A stretch of DNA of 64,000 nt from a virus (taxonomy: Duplodnaviria > Caudoviricetes). Below the pieces are notes generated by a model that was not told the DNA's origin, ran no database searches, and saw nothing but the letters and a program-made list of their open reading frames with translations. The stretch lies in the IMG/VR virus record IMGVR_UViG_3300044991_001466. One strand, written 5' to 3'. Both the position numbers and the translations under genes were made by a program. Shown piece after piece: positions 26,837-37,075 of this stretch; the first letter of the stretch is position 1; the number at the start of each line of letters is the position of its first letter.

Positions 26837-28360
26837 AAATTCATTTATATCTTGTGCGGTATCGGCATCTAATTCCGTACCTTCCGTTTTAAATTTATCT
26901 TTAATACCTTCCCAAGCGTTTTTACTTAAAAAATAAGAGTCAACGTCTAATAATGGTGTGATTGCAACAAAATAATCATTATCATTGGTTGAATACTTAT
27001 CAACGTAAAATCTTTCTTTTGTTTTTGGGTTTTCTATTATTTCCTCTTCAATTTTATCATAAGAAGGGTCATATACATTTCCATTTTTCTCTAACCAATC
27101 ACTTGTAATGTTATTCCATAAACCATATTTTTTTTGAATTGTTTTGTATAAAATTATTGATTCATTTACAATTCCTGCCCTTTCTTCTTGTAAACGTAAA
27201 TCTTTATTTAGATATTCACTTAATGACTTTATACCTTCATTTCTGTCTTTTTTAATCATCTCATCATTCAACAACTTACCTAAACCATATTTTTTAACGG
27301 CCCTAAGAATTTCAAAATTTGGAAATCTATTTCTAAAGTCACCAGCTGGTGTTAAAACAATATATAATTCACGTAACTTTTGATCCATAAAATCCCATGA
27401 ATTAGGTTTTTGTATTTTTAACATGGCATCTATATATTGCTTTTTGTAAACCCTATCCATACGAGAAAATTCGTACATATCACCTTCTCTCTCGTTTATT
27501 TTAGCCACGGTATTTTGAGCTTCAAGTTCGTTGTTACTAAATTTAAGAGGTTGAAGTACATCTTTATATTCCGATAATTGCGGGTATATTGCTACAATTT
27601 CACCCCAAGTCTTTCCTACTTCACCTGGATTTTTAATGTCTGTTATTTCGTAACCTGTTGCGTGATATCTTTCTTTTGAAAATACTTGTATTGCACACAA
27701 ATAATATTTTTTAACTTCAGTATCTTCAGATTCAAATTTTGATTCATCGATTACAAAATAAAATGTACCACCATCTTTTCTATAAGATCCCCACCGATTA
27801 CTTCCAGACCTCCATGTGATACACCAAGCGTGCCAACCAGGTCTAAGTTCATTCAGTAATTTTTCCTCATACCAACCAAATTTAACTGCATCGGATTGGT
27901 TCATTGGCTGGTAAACTCTAAATCCAGGTAGATTTATTTTTGCAGATGGTTCATCAAACCAAAGTTTTTTTGATATTTCAGCGGTCTCTTCATTAAATTT
28001 TGTTTTACTTAAAAGTTCACTATTTTGACTTACATCATCACCATCTTGAGGTTCAGTTGTGTACTCACCAATTAAAAATTTTAATTGTTCAATATTATAT
28101 TTTGTAATGTCTTTTAAATCACTTTCAAATTTTATAGTATCGTGATTACCACTGAAATGTCTTAAAAAAGTGTCGACTTGAGGAATCCCAAGTTTAAGTC
28201 CATTTTGTATTTGTTTAAAACGGGGATAATATTTAGTTGTAATATCGTTAACAATTTGGTCCCTAGACGGTGAGTTTTCCACCCCAGAATTAATCAATAT
28301 TGAATTGATAATCGCTTTACTTGGTCCTGGTTGTTCTAAAAGTAAATCTGTAATCTTCAT
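26822..28360 (-). CDS. leader + PcfJ-like (WC-motif) protein
   Basis: MKITDLLLEQ; HAWCITW...YRKDGGTFYFVID, like the motif in 5328. Confidence 0.55.
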   Translation of the reverse strand: MKITDLLLEQPGPSKAIINSILINSGVENSPSRDQIVNDITTKYYPRFKQIQNGLKLGIPQVDTFLRHFSGNHDTIKFESDLKDITKYNIEQLKFLIGEYTTEPQDGDDVSQNSELLSKTKFNEETAEISKKLWFDEPSAKINLPGFRVYQPMNQSDAVKFGWYEEKLLNELRPGWHAWCITWRSGSNRWGSYRKDGGTFYFVIDESKFESEDTEVKKYYLCAIQVFSKERYHATGYEITDIKNPGEVGKTWGEIVAIYPQLSEYKDVLQPLKFSNNELEAQNTVAKINEREGDMYEFSRMDRVYKKQYIDAMLKIQKPNSWDFMDQKLRELYIVLTPAGDFRNRFPNFEILRAVKKYGLGKLLNDEMIKKDRNEGIKSLSEYLNKDLRLQEERAGIVNESIILYKTIQKKYGLWNNITSDWLEKNGNVYDPSYDKIEEEIIENPKTKERFYVDKYSTNDNDYFVAITPLLDVDSYFLSKNAWEGIKDKFKTEGTELDADTAQDINEFKKGL

Positions 28361-28413
28361 AATAAGATAAATATCATATAAATATCGTTTCCGTAATATC
28401 TAAACGAAATTAA

Positions 28414-28764
28414 CTATGAAAATACGTTTTCATTTTTTATACAACTATTTTTTAAATGACCTAACTCGTGCGAAATTGATTGAATCATTTTTTCAATCAT
28501 TAAGATTTTAACCAAATTATCGGGACTATTTAAACCACCATCTTGGTGATTATTATTTAAAAAGGCCATTTTAATGAGGTTGTCATTCTCCATTTTAGAT
28601 ATCCTTTCCTTTTTTCTTTGAAAATATCTTTTAGAGTTTTCTCTCGTACAATCAATACAGTAGTTACTATGACCATCTAAAACCAGTTTATTTTTATAAA
28701 AATGGTTGTTATCCAACGGCTTCTCACTTTTACATCCTGAACACTTTTTCTTAATTTCTTCCAT
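28414..28764 (-). CDS. zinc-finger protein (HNH/EndoVII N-terminal-like finger)
   Basis: KKCSGCKSEKP...FYKN...DGHSNYCIDC. Confidence 0.6.
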   Translation of the reverse strand: MEEIKKKCSGCKSEKPLDNNHFYKNKLVLDGHSNYCIDCTRENSKRYFQRKKERISKMENDNLIKMAFLNNNHQDGGLNSPDNLVKILMIEKMIQSISHELGHLKNSCIKNENVFS

Positions 28765-28852
28765 AATATAATTTATTTACAATACAAAAGTATGTATATT
28801 ATTATAAATCACCAAATATTTTAATATATTTGTGTGAGATAAATTTTCTCGT

Positions 28853-29422
28853 ATGGGTAAAGAATTAATTACAAAAATTGGATATTACTCAATATTCTCA
28901 GAAAAAACAATAAAGGGTGAGATGTTTATTGTTGATAGTGGTAAAACACTTTATGTTGCTAAGTTTAAAAAGACCATAGCGAACCCATACAGGGACGTGA
29001 AGGAGTTTAAATCTCTTTCTAAGGCTAAAGACTATGTTGGTCTTAAATTGGTTAAAAAACGACAGGAAAGGAAGAAAAAGATTGACTCACTACCTAAATG
29101 TCTTTATTTGGTTTTAATTAAAGAAGAATCGACAGAAAAGACCTTTGTTAAGGTTGGTATTACATCTAAAAGATTTATAATGAGACGTTTTAGTAAAGCT
29201 TATGGATATGAGGGGTATATTGTTGAAACCATACTAAGAAGGATAGACACTCCTAATGCCGAAAAATTAGAAAGTGAAATTAAAGAAAAACTTAATAAAA
29301 AAAGGTCTGTAAAAAAATACAGACCAATTTTAGAATCTTTTTCAGGTTATTCCGAATGTTTTGATTTCTTGTGTCTTGAAGAAATAGTTAAAATATTTGA
29401 TCAAGTGTCGTCAAAAAGTTAA
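28853..29422 (+). CDS. GIY-YIG superfamily (T5orf172-like) nuclease
   Basis: LYLVLI...FVKVGIT...E...GYSECF. Confidence 0.65.
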   Translation: MGKELITKIGYYSIFSEKTIKGEMFIVDSGKTLYVAKFKKTIANPYRDVKEFKSLSKAKDYVGLKLVKKRQERKKKIDSLPKCLYLVLIKEESTEKTFVKVGITSKRFIMRRFSKAYGYEGYIVETILRRIDTPNAEKLESEIKEKLNKKRSVKKYRPILESFSGYSECFDFLCLEEIVKIFDQVSSKS

Positions 29423-29814
29423 TCACAATTTGGACCCCATCCGAAAAAATCCATTAATTTACCCCATAAATCACGACCTAAGTAACCTTGTTGAATTAAT
29501 TTTTTAGTGGATTTACAACCAACTAACCCATCAACGTCTAATCCATTGTTTTTTTGGAAAATTGCAAGAGCACCTTTTGATTTGTCTCCCCACGCACCGT
29601 CAGTGTTAATTACAATAATTGGTGCCTTTGGGTTTAATTTAAAATCATATGACCCATCCCAAACACCTCTAATATTTTTAGATTGTAGATATTTGTTCAA
29701 TGCTGATTGAACATGGTGAATATCTTCGGGAGTGTCGGTATCACCATATTGTTCATTTAATTGCGTGTCAATAATCTTTTTAATTTGATTTTCTGTGAAT
29801 ATATATTTTTTCAT
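29419..29814 (-). CDS. leader + peptidoglycan-binding domain
   Basis: MKKYIFTENQI...QLNE; DGAWGDKSKGALAIFQKNNGLDVDGLVG. Confidence 0.75.
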   Translation of the reverse strand: MKKYIFTENQIKKIIDTQLNEQYGDTDTPEDIHHVQSALNKYLQSKNIRGVWDGSYDFKLNPKAPIIVINTDGAWGDKSKGALAIFQKNNGLDVDGLVGCKSTKKLIQQGYLGRDLWGKLMDFFGWGPNCD

Positions 29815-29820
29815 AATATG

Positions 29821-30447
29821 TTACTTTGATTTAAGGTATATTGATAAATATCCCGCTAATCGACTACCTCTCTCTATTAAAAAATCTTTTTGTGTTTGTG
29901 TTAGTTTCTTCTTATCTCTATAGTCCACCCCCATTGTTCCAATACATTTATCTGTTACAATGTCAAATAACCCAATTACATACGATGCATTAGTCCCCGT
30001 TGCATCAGCTGCGGACTTCAATCCATAAGTTGCAATGGTGTCATCTTTAAAATCGGAAATCCACAAATGTTTATGTTCCATAATGTAATTCATTGATCTT
30101 GAATATAACGATAATGGGATGTCTGTGAATAAATGAATAATACTACCAATTCCGGGTTTAACATCCTCATATGTTATTGAAAACTTTTGAATTGATTTGT
30201 TAGTGTGAAGAAAATGACCGCCATTGTGAAATTGACTTATCCAAATTCTGTCGGCATCTACCATATCTCTAATTTCCGATATTTCATCAAAAATAACCAA
30301 ATTTCTTTCAATATCATCTTTAACGATGTCTTTTGATACTGGTTTAGATAGTTTAGCTTTTACATATTCAAGTCCCGCTGGACCAACTAATGCGGTAATA
30401 ACCGCAACTAAAACCATACCAATCAATTCTATTGTGTGTTGTTCCAT
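29821..30447 (-). CDS. N-terminal TM + GAF-like domain; candidate T4-type holin
   Basis: single hydrophobic N-terminal helix, DADRIWISQFHNGG..., IGTMGVDY; late promoter at 30459. Confidence 0.5.
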   Translation of the reverse strand: MEQHTIELIGMVLVAVITALVGPAGLEYVKAKLSKPVSKDIVKDDIERNLVIFDEISEIRDMVDADRIWISQFHNGGHFLHTNKSIQKFSITYEDVKPGIGSIIHLFTDIPLSLYSRSMNYIMEHKHLWISDFKDDTIATYGLKSAADATGTNASYVIGLFDIVTDKCIGTMGVDYRDKKKLTQTQKDFLIERGSRLAGYLSIYLKSK

Positions 30448-30677
30448 AGTAATAATTCTATAAATACTGATATATAAAATAAAATTTTAAATTTTATAAC
30501 GTTTACCTTATAATAAACCGAAATTTATTTTAAACTGACAAATAGTCGTTCTATTTTTGAGTGTTTTTACAATATATAACTTATTTATTTTTGTTGTCGG
30601 GGGACAAAATAAACTTATATAAATTAATATACGGGAGATTTCACAAACTCCCTTTTTTTATGTATATTATGTGAGAT

Positions 30678-31229
30678 ATGAGCAAGATAATTAACTTTTT
30701 TGGTGGACCTGGAATAGGTAAATCCACACAAGCATCAGGTTTATTTACCGAGATGAAAAAACACCATATGAGTGTTGAATATACATACGAATTCCCAAAA
30801 GAAGTTGCGTGGGAAGGAAATATATCCCAATTAAGAGATCAGTTTTTTATTACCGCAAATCAACATAGAAACATTAGTCGTCTTTATGGTAAGGTTGATT
30901 ACATCATTGTTGATTCTCCAATAATTCTTGGTTGTTTTTACGAGCAAAGATATGGTGAGGGTTATCCAGCATCATTCTATGGGATGACCGGTTTAAGTGA
31001 CTTTATTTGGAAATTATTTAAACAATATGAAAATATAAACATAGTATTAAAAAGAAATAATGAGACATATGACCCTAACGGTAGGATACAAGATTTACGA
31101 GAAGCTGAAGAAATTGATAATGATATTAAACAAACATTGGATATTAATAGCATACCTTATAGTGAATTTTCTGTTCATAACAACACTCCTTTGGAGATTT
31201 ACAACTATTTAATAGAAAACAATTTATGA
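30678..31229 (+). CDS. P-loop NTPase (nucleotide-kinase/AAA_28-like)
   Basis: INFFGGPGIGKST; IIVDSPI. Confidence 0.75.
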   Translation: MSKIINFFGGPGIGKSTQASGLFTEMKKHHMSVEYTYEFPKEVAWEGNISQLRDQFFITANQHRNISRLYGKVDYIIVDSPIILGCFYEQRYGEGYPASFYGMTGLSDFIWKLFKQYENINIVLKRNNETYDPNGRIQDLREAEEIDNDIKQTLDINSIPYSEFSVHNNTPLEIYNYLIENNL

Positions 31230-31885
31230 GGAAAAATTTAGGTTCTTATGTGGGGATAACATTGATGACGGTGATGTTATCATTAATTACAGTTTTTACA
31301 TTTGCACAAGATGTGGTGGTATTAAAACATACAAATTACACATCACATTTCAGTAAATCAAAGAAGTATCCGGTAATGGTAGAATGGTGGGAAACAAAGG
31401 TAAAAATTGGTTGTCCAAACCCTATTCCACGTAAAGATAATTTCAAACCAGACCCTCAATTACCAAACGAAACAAATATTGGAAACGATTATGTGGGAAG
31501 TGGATTTGATAGGGGTCATCTAATGCCAGCAAAATCAAATCAATGTCAAACTCCCGCAATACAAGATGAGTGTTTCTATTATTCAAATATGGTGGCACAA
31601 TATCACCGATTAAATGCGGGTGATTGGAAATCATTAGAAACTCTAACAAGAGATGTTGCATTAATAAGTGATTCGGTTCATGTATGGGCAGGAAATGTGG
31701 GTGAATTAAAAAAGATAGGAAAAATTTCCGTTCCGACACAATGTTGGAAAGTTTTTTATGTGGTTAAGAATAAGGAATGGTTTGCGTTCTTATTTGAGAA
31801 CGACTTATCTAAACCAGACGGTATAAATAATAACAAAGTAGAGGTTAGTGATATTGAAAAACTAACTGGATTTAAATTTAAATGA
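31226..31885 (+). CDS. DNA/RNA non-specific endonuclease (NucA/EndA family) with N-terminal signal/TM
   Basis: FDRGHLMP, YYSNMVAQ...LNAGDWKSLE. Confidence 0.9.
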   Translation: MRKNLGSYVGITLMTVMLSLITVFTFAQDVVVLKHTNYTSHFSKSKKYPVMVEWWETKVKIGCPNPIPRKDNFKPDPQLPNETNIGNDYVGSGFDRGHLMPAKSNQCQTPAIQDECFYYSNMVAQYHRLNAGDWKSLETLTRDVALISDSVHVWAGNVGELKKIGKISVPTQCWKVFYVVKNKEWFAFLFENDLSKPDGINNNKVEVSDIEKLTGFKFK

Positions 31886-32085
31886 TGTTACCAAGAGAAT
31901 ATGTAAATTACGAAGATAAACTGTATTGGGTTTACCGTAAAGTTAAACATTACCAAGTTAAAGAGGGTAGTATTAACGATTTAAAGGAATTTTGGTTATG
32001 TGATATGGTTGTTAGAAATAAAAATCAAAACGACGACACCCTTTTGTTTATGAGGGAAATTGAGGAGGCGGTTATCGTTTCCTAA
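31882..32085 (+). CDS. hypothetical protein (67 aa)
   Basis: ATGA overlap with the upstream gene. Confidence 0.65.
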   Translation: MMLPREYVNYEDKLYWVYRKVKHYQVKEGSINDLKEFWLCDMVVRNKNQNDDTLLFMREIEEAVIVS

Positions 32086-32461
32086 TCTCTTTTAAACATA
32101 TTTTGGTGTATTTGTCCTCATTACGTTTGGCTTGTCTTTCTAACGGATTATGGGAATAGTATCTTGATAACTCATATTCCCGATATTTTCTACGAACTTG
32201 TAAATAATGCGTATATTCATGAATAACGGTTGCAACTAAATCGTAGATTGTGTTGTTATTGGGTAAGTAAATTATAATTTCATTTCGATAAAAACAATAG
32301 TTACCAAAAATATCAAAGTTATCCGATTTTCGTTTTCTTTCACTAAATCTAAAGAGAAGTTTTCTCTTTTTTCTATGACACAACCCAAAATACAATTCAC
32401 ACCATTTTAAGGCGGCAGTTGCATAACGTTTTTTGGATTCAGTGTCGATAGTTCTACTCAT
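32072..32461 (-). CDS. zincin-like metallopeptidase
   Basis: TVIHEYTHYLQ...PLERQA. Confidence 0.7.
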   Translation of the reverse strand: MSRTIDTESKKRYATAALKWCELYFGLCHRKKRKLLFRFSERKRKSDNFDIFGNYCFYRNEIIIYLPNNNTIYDLVATVIHEYTHYLQVRRKYREYELSRYYSHNPLERQAKRNEDKYTKICLKEIRKR

Positions 32462-32813
32462 CTTTATTTTTATCTGTTTTGATGGTCCTAATCTGTCTTT
32501 TTATTGGTTTAATTGAATCATTAACTGCGTCAAAATTATTCGCAATGTCATTTAAAATTGCTGCAAACTCATAATTTTCAAGTTCTTCATTCTTTTTCCA
32601 TAAAACCGACACAAAACTCCTCATTTCTAAATCGGTTAAAGTGGCTCGAATTGAGATGGATTTTTTCATCAGTTTAAAAACCATATACAAAACCCCCATT
32701 TTTTTCTCGTGCGATAAACAAAAATAGTTGTCGATTGATATGTTACTTAAGATATTGTTACTTACATTATCTAAGAATGAAATAAAAGAGGGATGATTTA
32801 GGTTTACTTTCAT
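32454..32813 (-). CDS. hypothetical protein with C-terminal UVR-like helix (start moved to 32813)
   Basis: EELENYEFAAILND. Confidence 0.55.
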   Translation of the reverse strand: MKVNLNHPSFISFLDNVSNNILSNISIDNYFCLSHEKKMGVLYMVFKLMKKSISIRATLTDLEMRSFVSVLWKKNEELENYEFAAILNDIANNFDAVNDSIKPIKRQIRTIKTDKNKDE

Positions 32814-32919
32814 GGTTTCTTTGTCGTTTAAAATAAATACTGATATAAATGTTCTTGAAATAAAAACGGGATAAGTTTTTTTTAAACTCACCCCCTTTTT
32901 ATTATTTAAATTGTTTAAA

Positions 32920-33279
32920 TTATTTGGCCCATTTACCTCTAATAACAATTTGAGCGATAATGTTATATACTGATAAATCTTGATATGTGTCCTCAATGGC
33001 TTCACCTACCGTATCTTCTTTACCTAATAACACTAATTGCTTCAATCTCTGTATCTTATCGTTCATTCTGAACCAAAGACCTGTTTGGGACAATTTAACC
33101 TCGTCAGGGGTCTCTAAACGAGTTCCAACCGATATGTTATCGGGTCCGTAGTTTAATTGTTTTCTACAAAAGATTTCATACTGTTCTTTTAAGATTTTTT
33201 TGAATTCTGCGGTTGTTTCGGGATACTTTTCCTCACATTGTTTAACCGGTGACTGGGGTACTGTTTTATCTTCTGACAT
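32920..33279 (-). CDS. DUF1599 / nucleotide-modification-associated domain protein
   Basis: KQLNYG, RMNDKIQRL, IEDTYQDLSVYNII. Confidence 0.8.
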   Translation of the reverse strand: MSEDKTVPQSPVKQCEEKYPETTAEFKKILKEQYEIFCRKQLNYGPDNISVGTRLETPDEVKLSQTGLWFRMNDKIQRLKQLVLLGKEDTVGEAIEDTYQDLSVYNIIAQIVIRGKWAK

Positions 33280-33354
33280 ATATTTTGTGTTTTTTAATAA
33301 TATAATCGTTTTTATTTGTAATACAAAATATTTATATAAAAAAGATATTACACG

Positions 33355-33603
33355 ATGGACAATTTTAATGAAATCGAGGAGAAGGAATCGGGAGAAACCG
33401 CCTCAAAACCAAAACACAACCAATTTATCAAAATGTTAACATTTAGGGTTGTACCAGCATATTATAGAGAAATTGAAAAGGTTGCGAAACATAAGAAATC
33501 TTCAGTTTCTAAATTAATTAGAACATATATTAAAGAAGGTATGATTCGTGATAAAGAAATAACCACACAATCTGCGGACTTTGAAACAGAACCAACAGTA
33601 TAG
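33355..33603 (+). CDS. ribbon-helix-helix-like protein
   Basis: LTFRV...EIEKVAKHKKSSVSKLIRTYI; late promoter at 33328. Confidence 0.6.
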   Translation: MDNFNEIEEKESGETASKPKHNQFIKMLTFRVVPAYYREIEKVAKHKKSSVSKLIRTYIKEGMIRDKEITTQSADFETEPTV

Positions 33604-33604
33604 T

Positions 33605-33931
33605 ATGAAAGATAACATATTGAACGAGGATACGATTAAAGAGGTGTTAGATAAGGTAATTTTAGAACATGTATCTAAAGTGTCTAGACAGGATTTTTCT
33701 AGAGTACAATTTAAGATTGAGGAATTACAAAATTCATTAAATGAAACCGTTAAAGAATTACGAAAATTAGAAGAATCGGTACCGTCAGGTTTAAAAAACA
33801 TGACAAATGGAAGAGTTAATGGGATGAGGATTGGATTAGCGAATTCACAAAAACTATTACAACAATTAAAAGACAAAATTAGACAATATAAAAAGAGTCT
33901 ATACTCTCAACCAATACAAGAAAAGAAATAA
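33605..33931 (+). CDS. coiled-coil hypothetical protein
   Basis: MKDNILNE, heptad pattern. Confidence 0.65.
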   Translation: MKDNILNEDTIKEVLDKVILEHVSKVSRQDFSRVQFKIEELQNSLNETVKELRKLEESVPSGLKNMTNGRVNGMRIGLANSQKLLQQLKDKIRQYKKSLYSQPIQEKK

Positions 33932-33932
33932 A

Positions 33933-34292
33933 TTAACGGAGGTTAAAATCTCCGTCATTTTTTAACATTTTTTTTCCTTTTTGAGTTAGGAAAAACAACT
34001 CTTCAGTGTTGTCGTCCTCATATGAATTCACTAACCCCTTATGTTTAAGGTCAGTTAATATTGAACCTGCGATAATTTCTCTAAGAATTACATTAAATTC
34101 CTCTTCCTCAAATATATCATCACTTTCTTCATCTAATTCCCCTAATATAAATTTCTCAGTTAATTTATCGTTTAGGTATTTTATTGTGAAATCAAAATTT
34201 TCAATTTCGTAATCTTTAAAGAAATTGGTTTCTTCTAAAATACAAAGAATTTCAGTCGTTTTTTCTATTACAATAGGTTGATATTTCGCCAT
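33933..34292 (-). CDS. acidic winged-helix-like hypothetical protein (start moved to 34292)
   Basis: LTDLKHKGLV...FFLTQKGK. Confidence 0.55.
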   Translation of the reverse strand: MAKYQPIVIEKTTEILCILEETNFFKDYEIENFDFTIKYLNDKLTEKFILGELDEESDDIFEEEEFNVILREIIAGSILTDLKHKGLVNSYEDDNTEELFFLTQKGKKMLKNDGDFNLR

Positions 34293-34401
34293 ATCTACAT
34301 GTTTAATGTTTATTAAATTATAAACTAAAAAATTCAAAAAAAGAAATTTAGAGTTTAATATTTTACCAATTTTTAATATATTATCATATAAAATATAAAT
34401 A

Positions 34402-35652
34402 ATGGGAAACGGAAAAATATTCATTCAAATCGCCTCTTACAGAGACCCTCAATTAATACCTACAATTAAAGACTGTATTGAAAAGGCTAAAAACCCTAAA
34501 AAGTTAGTTTTTTCTATTGCTTGGCAACATTCAAGTGAGGATGCTTGGGATAACTTAGATGAGTTTAAGGGAGATAAACGATTTAAAATTGTTGATATAA
34601 ATTACTTAGACTCAAAGGGTGCATGTTGGGCAAGAAATCAATTACAACAAAATTATGATGGTGAAGAGTATACATTACAATTAGATTCACACCATAGATT
34701 TGTTGAAAATTGGGACGTTGAGTTAATATCAATGATAAAACAATTACAAACCTTAGGTCATAAAAAACCTTTATTAACAGGGTATGTTTCGTCATTTGAC
34801 CCTGATAATGACCCGGCAGGCAGAATTCCACAACCTTGGAAAATGAATTTTGATAGATTTATTCCTGAAGGAGCTGTGTTCTTTTTACCCGCAACCATTG
34901 ACGATTATATGGAAAGAACTCAACCGATACCAGCGAGATTCTATTCCGCACACTTTTGTTTTACTTTAGGTTCTTTCGTTATCGACGTTCCTCATGACCC
35001 TGAATATTATTTTCATGGAGAAGAAATATCCATAGCTGTTAGAGCTTACACACATGGTTATGATTTATTTCACCCACATAAAACATTAATTTGGCATGAG
35101 TATACAAGAAAGGGTAGAACTAAACAATGGGACGATGATAAACAATGGGTAAGTAAGAATGTTCATTGTCATAAGAGAAATCGTAAGTTATTTGAAATGG
35201 ATGGTGAAATAAAAGATGTCGATTTTGGGATATATGATTTTGGTACTGAAAGAACATTAGAGGATTATGAAAGATATTCCGGATTGTCATTTAAAAAGAG
35301 AGCGGTTCAACAATTTACATTGGATAATAATTTAGCACCAAACCCTCCATTATATGGTGAGGAATTTGATAAATCGTTTTTAAGTATATTTAAACATTGT
35401 ATTGATATTGCTTTTGATAAAATACCATTAACCGATTATGAATTTTTTGTAGTCGCATTTCATGATAGTAATGACAATACGTTACATAGAAAAGATATGG
35501 ATGTTAGTGAAATTAATAATCTTAAAAACGACCCTGATGGGTACGGTAAAATTTGGAGAGAATTTCAAACAGATAAAAAACCAACGTATTGGGTGGTGTG
35601 GCCATTTAGTACGTCTCAGGGTTGGTGTGATAGAATAACGGGAGATTTATAA
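34402..35652 (+). CDS. Gnt1-like (Skp1 hydroxyproline) GlcNAc-transferase family
   Basis: IFIQIASYRD, GACWARN, LQLDSHHRF, FYSAHFCF, YFHGEEI. Confidence 0.8.
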   Translation: MGNGKIFIQIASYRDPQLIPTIKDCIEKAKNPKKLVFSIAWQHSSEDAWDNLDEFKGDKRFKIVDINYLDSKGACWARNQLQQNYDGEEYTLQLDSHHRFVENWDVELISMIKQLQTLGHKKPLLTGYVSSFDPDNDPAGRIPQPWKMNFDRFIPEGAVFFLPATIDDYMERTQPIPARFYSAHFCFTLGSFVIDVPHDPEYYFHGEEISIAVRAYTHGYDLFHPHKTLIWHEYTRKGRTKQWDDDKQWVSKNVHCHKRNRKLFEMDGEIKDVDFGIYDFGTERTLEDYERYSGLSFKKRAVQQFTLDNNLAPNPPLYGEEFDKSFLSIFKHCIDIAFDKIPLTDYEFFVVAFHDSNDNTLHRKDMDVSEINNLKNDPDGYGKIWREFQTDKKPTYWVVWPFSTSQGWCDRITGDL

Positions 35653-35653
35653 C

Positions 35654-36184
35654 ATGAAATTACATTTAGGATGTGGGAATAAACATATTGAGGGATACGT
35701 TAATATTGATATTAGATATTTGCCGGGTGTTGATGAGGTTAACAATGTCGGTAGATTACGAAATTATAAAAACAATTCGGTAGATATAATTTATGCATCT
35801 CATATCTTAGAACATTTTGGTAGATGGGAATATCAATCGGTGTTAAAGAGATGGTATGATTTATTAAAAAATGGAGGAACATTAAGATTAGGGGTTCCGG
35901 ATTTTGGTGCAATCGTAGAATATTATAATAAGACAAAAGACTTAAGAGGGGTTTCCGGTATGTTATATGGTGGGCAAGACTATCCTGAAAATAATCATTA
36001 TTGGGTTTGGGATTTTGATGTGTTATCTAAAGAATTAAAAGAGATTGGGTTTACTGAAATAAATAAATATGATTGGAGAGATACTGAACATTCCAATCTT
36101 GATGATTATACACAATCATATCTCCCACATATGGATAAAGAAAACGGTGTTTTATTAAGTTTAAATGTTGAGGCAAAAAAATAA
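35654..36184 (+). CDS. class I SAM-dependent methyltransferase (type 11-like)
   Basis: KLHLGCG, IYASHILEH, LLKNGG.LRL.VPD. Confidence 0.85.
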   Translation: MKLHLGCGNKHIEGYVNIDIRYLPGVDEVNNVGRLRNYKNNSVDIIYASHILEHFGRWEYQSVLKRWYDLLKNGGTLRLGVPDFGAIVEYYNKTKDLRGVSGMLYGGQDYPENNHYWVWDFDVLSKELKEIGFTEINKYDWRDTEHSNLDDYTQSYLPHMDKENGVLLSLNVEAKK

Positions 36185-36190
36185 GAAATT

Positions 36191-37075
36191 ATGGATGAGA
36201 ATAAATATTTTTTAGATTTATGGGGAGGATCTCATTATTATGATAAAACTAATGGAACTTATCAATTTTCAAGAGATTGTGGATTATTTTCTTGTTTAAC
36301 AGTATTAACATATGGTATAAAAAAATTCACTTTACACGGGTACATTCCAAAAAATATTTCATTAACATTATTAGAATATGATTACAATACGGATTATTAT
36401 AATGATTTATTTAAAATTGGTGATGGCGATTTTAAGTTAGATGATATTGACAATTTAACAATGGAACATCAAATGAAATATTGTGAACCGAGTTTTATAG
36501 GAATAGGTCGAGCTAAATCTCATTTAAATTTTAATATTTTAAAAAGAATTTATGATAAATATTTTATTTTATCTGACACCGTAAAAGAATATATAAAAGA
36601 GATTGAAGATAAACATATTTCAGATTATTCTAATACCGTTTTAATTTGGGCTAGAAAGACTGACAAAGATCTTGAAATATTAGTTCCGGATGTTGCCGAT
36701 TACATTAAATTAGTTGATGAATTAAATTTAAGAGGTAAAGACATAATATTACAAACCGACGATTTAAGGGTATATAACGATTTTAAATCATTAGGTTTAA
36801 AGTGTAGAACATTAGATGAAATACCATACGCAAAAGATAATTACAGTGGGTTTCATCGAAAATTATGTAACATTACTGATGAAGAATTTTTAATTGAATA
36901 TAACATGACTAAAAAATATTACTTACAAAGAATATTGGCATTAGTTCACGTCGCATCTAAATGTGATACGTTAATTATATATCCAGGTAATCTATCCACA
37001 TATATTCCATTAATAAGAGGTAATTGGGATAACGTATATTCCTACGAAAATAAACATAATTTAATTCCAGAATAA
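36191..37075 (+). CDS. fucosyltransferase-like (NodZ/GT23-type fold)
   Basis: GLFSC, IWARKTDK, ILQTDD. Confidence 0.55.
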   Translation: MDENKYFLDLWGGSHYYDKTNGTYQFSRDCGLFSCLTVLTYGIKKFTLHGYIPKNISLTLLEYDYNTDYYNDLFKIGDGDFKLDDIDNLTMEHQMKYCEPSFIGIGRAKSHLNFNILKRIYDKYFILSDTVKEYIKEIEDKHISDYSNTVLIWARKTDKDLEILVPDVADYIKLVDELNLRGKDIILQTDDLRVYNDFKSLGLKCRTLDEIPYAKDNYSGFHRKLCNITDEEFLIEYNMTKKYYLQRILALVHVASKCDTLIIYPGNLSTYIPLIRGNWDNVYSYENKHNLIPE

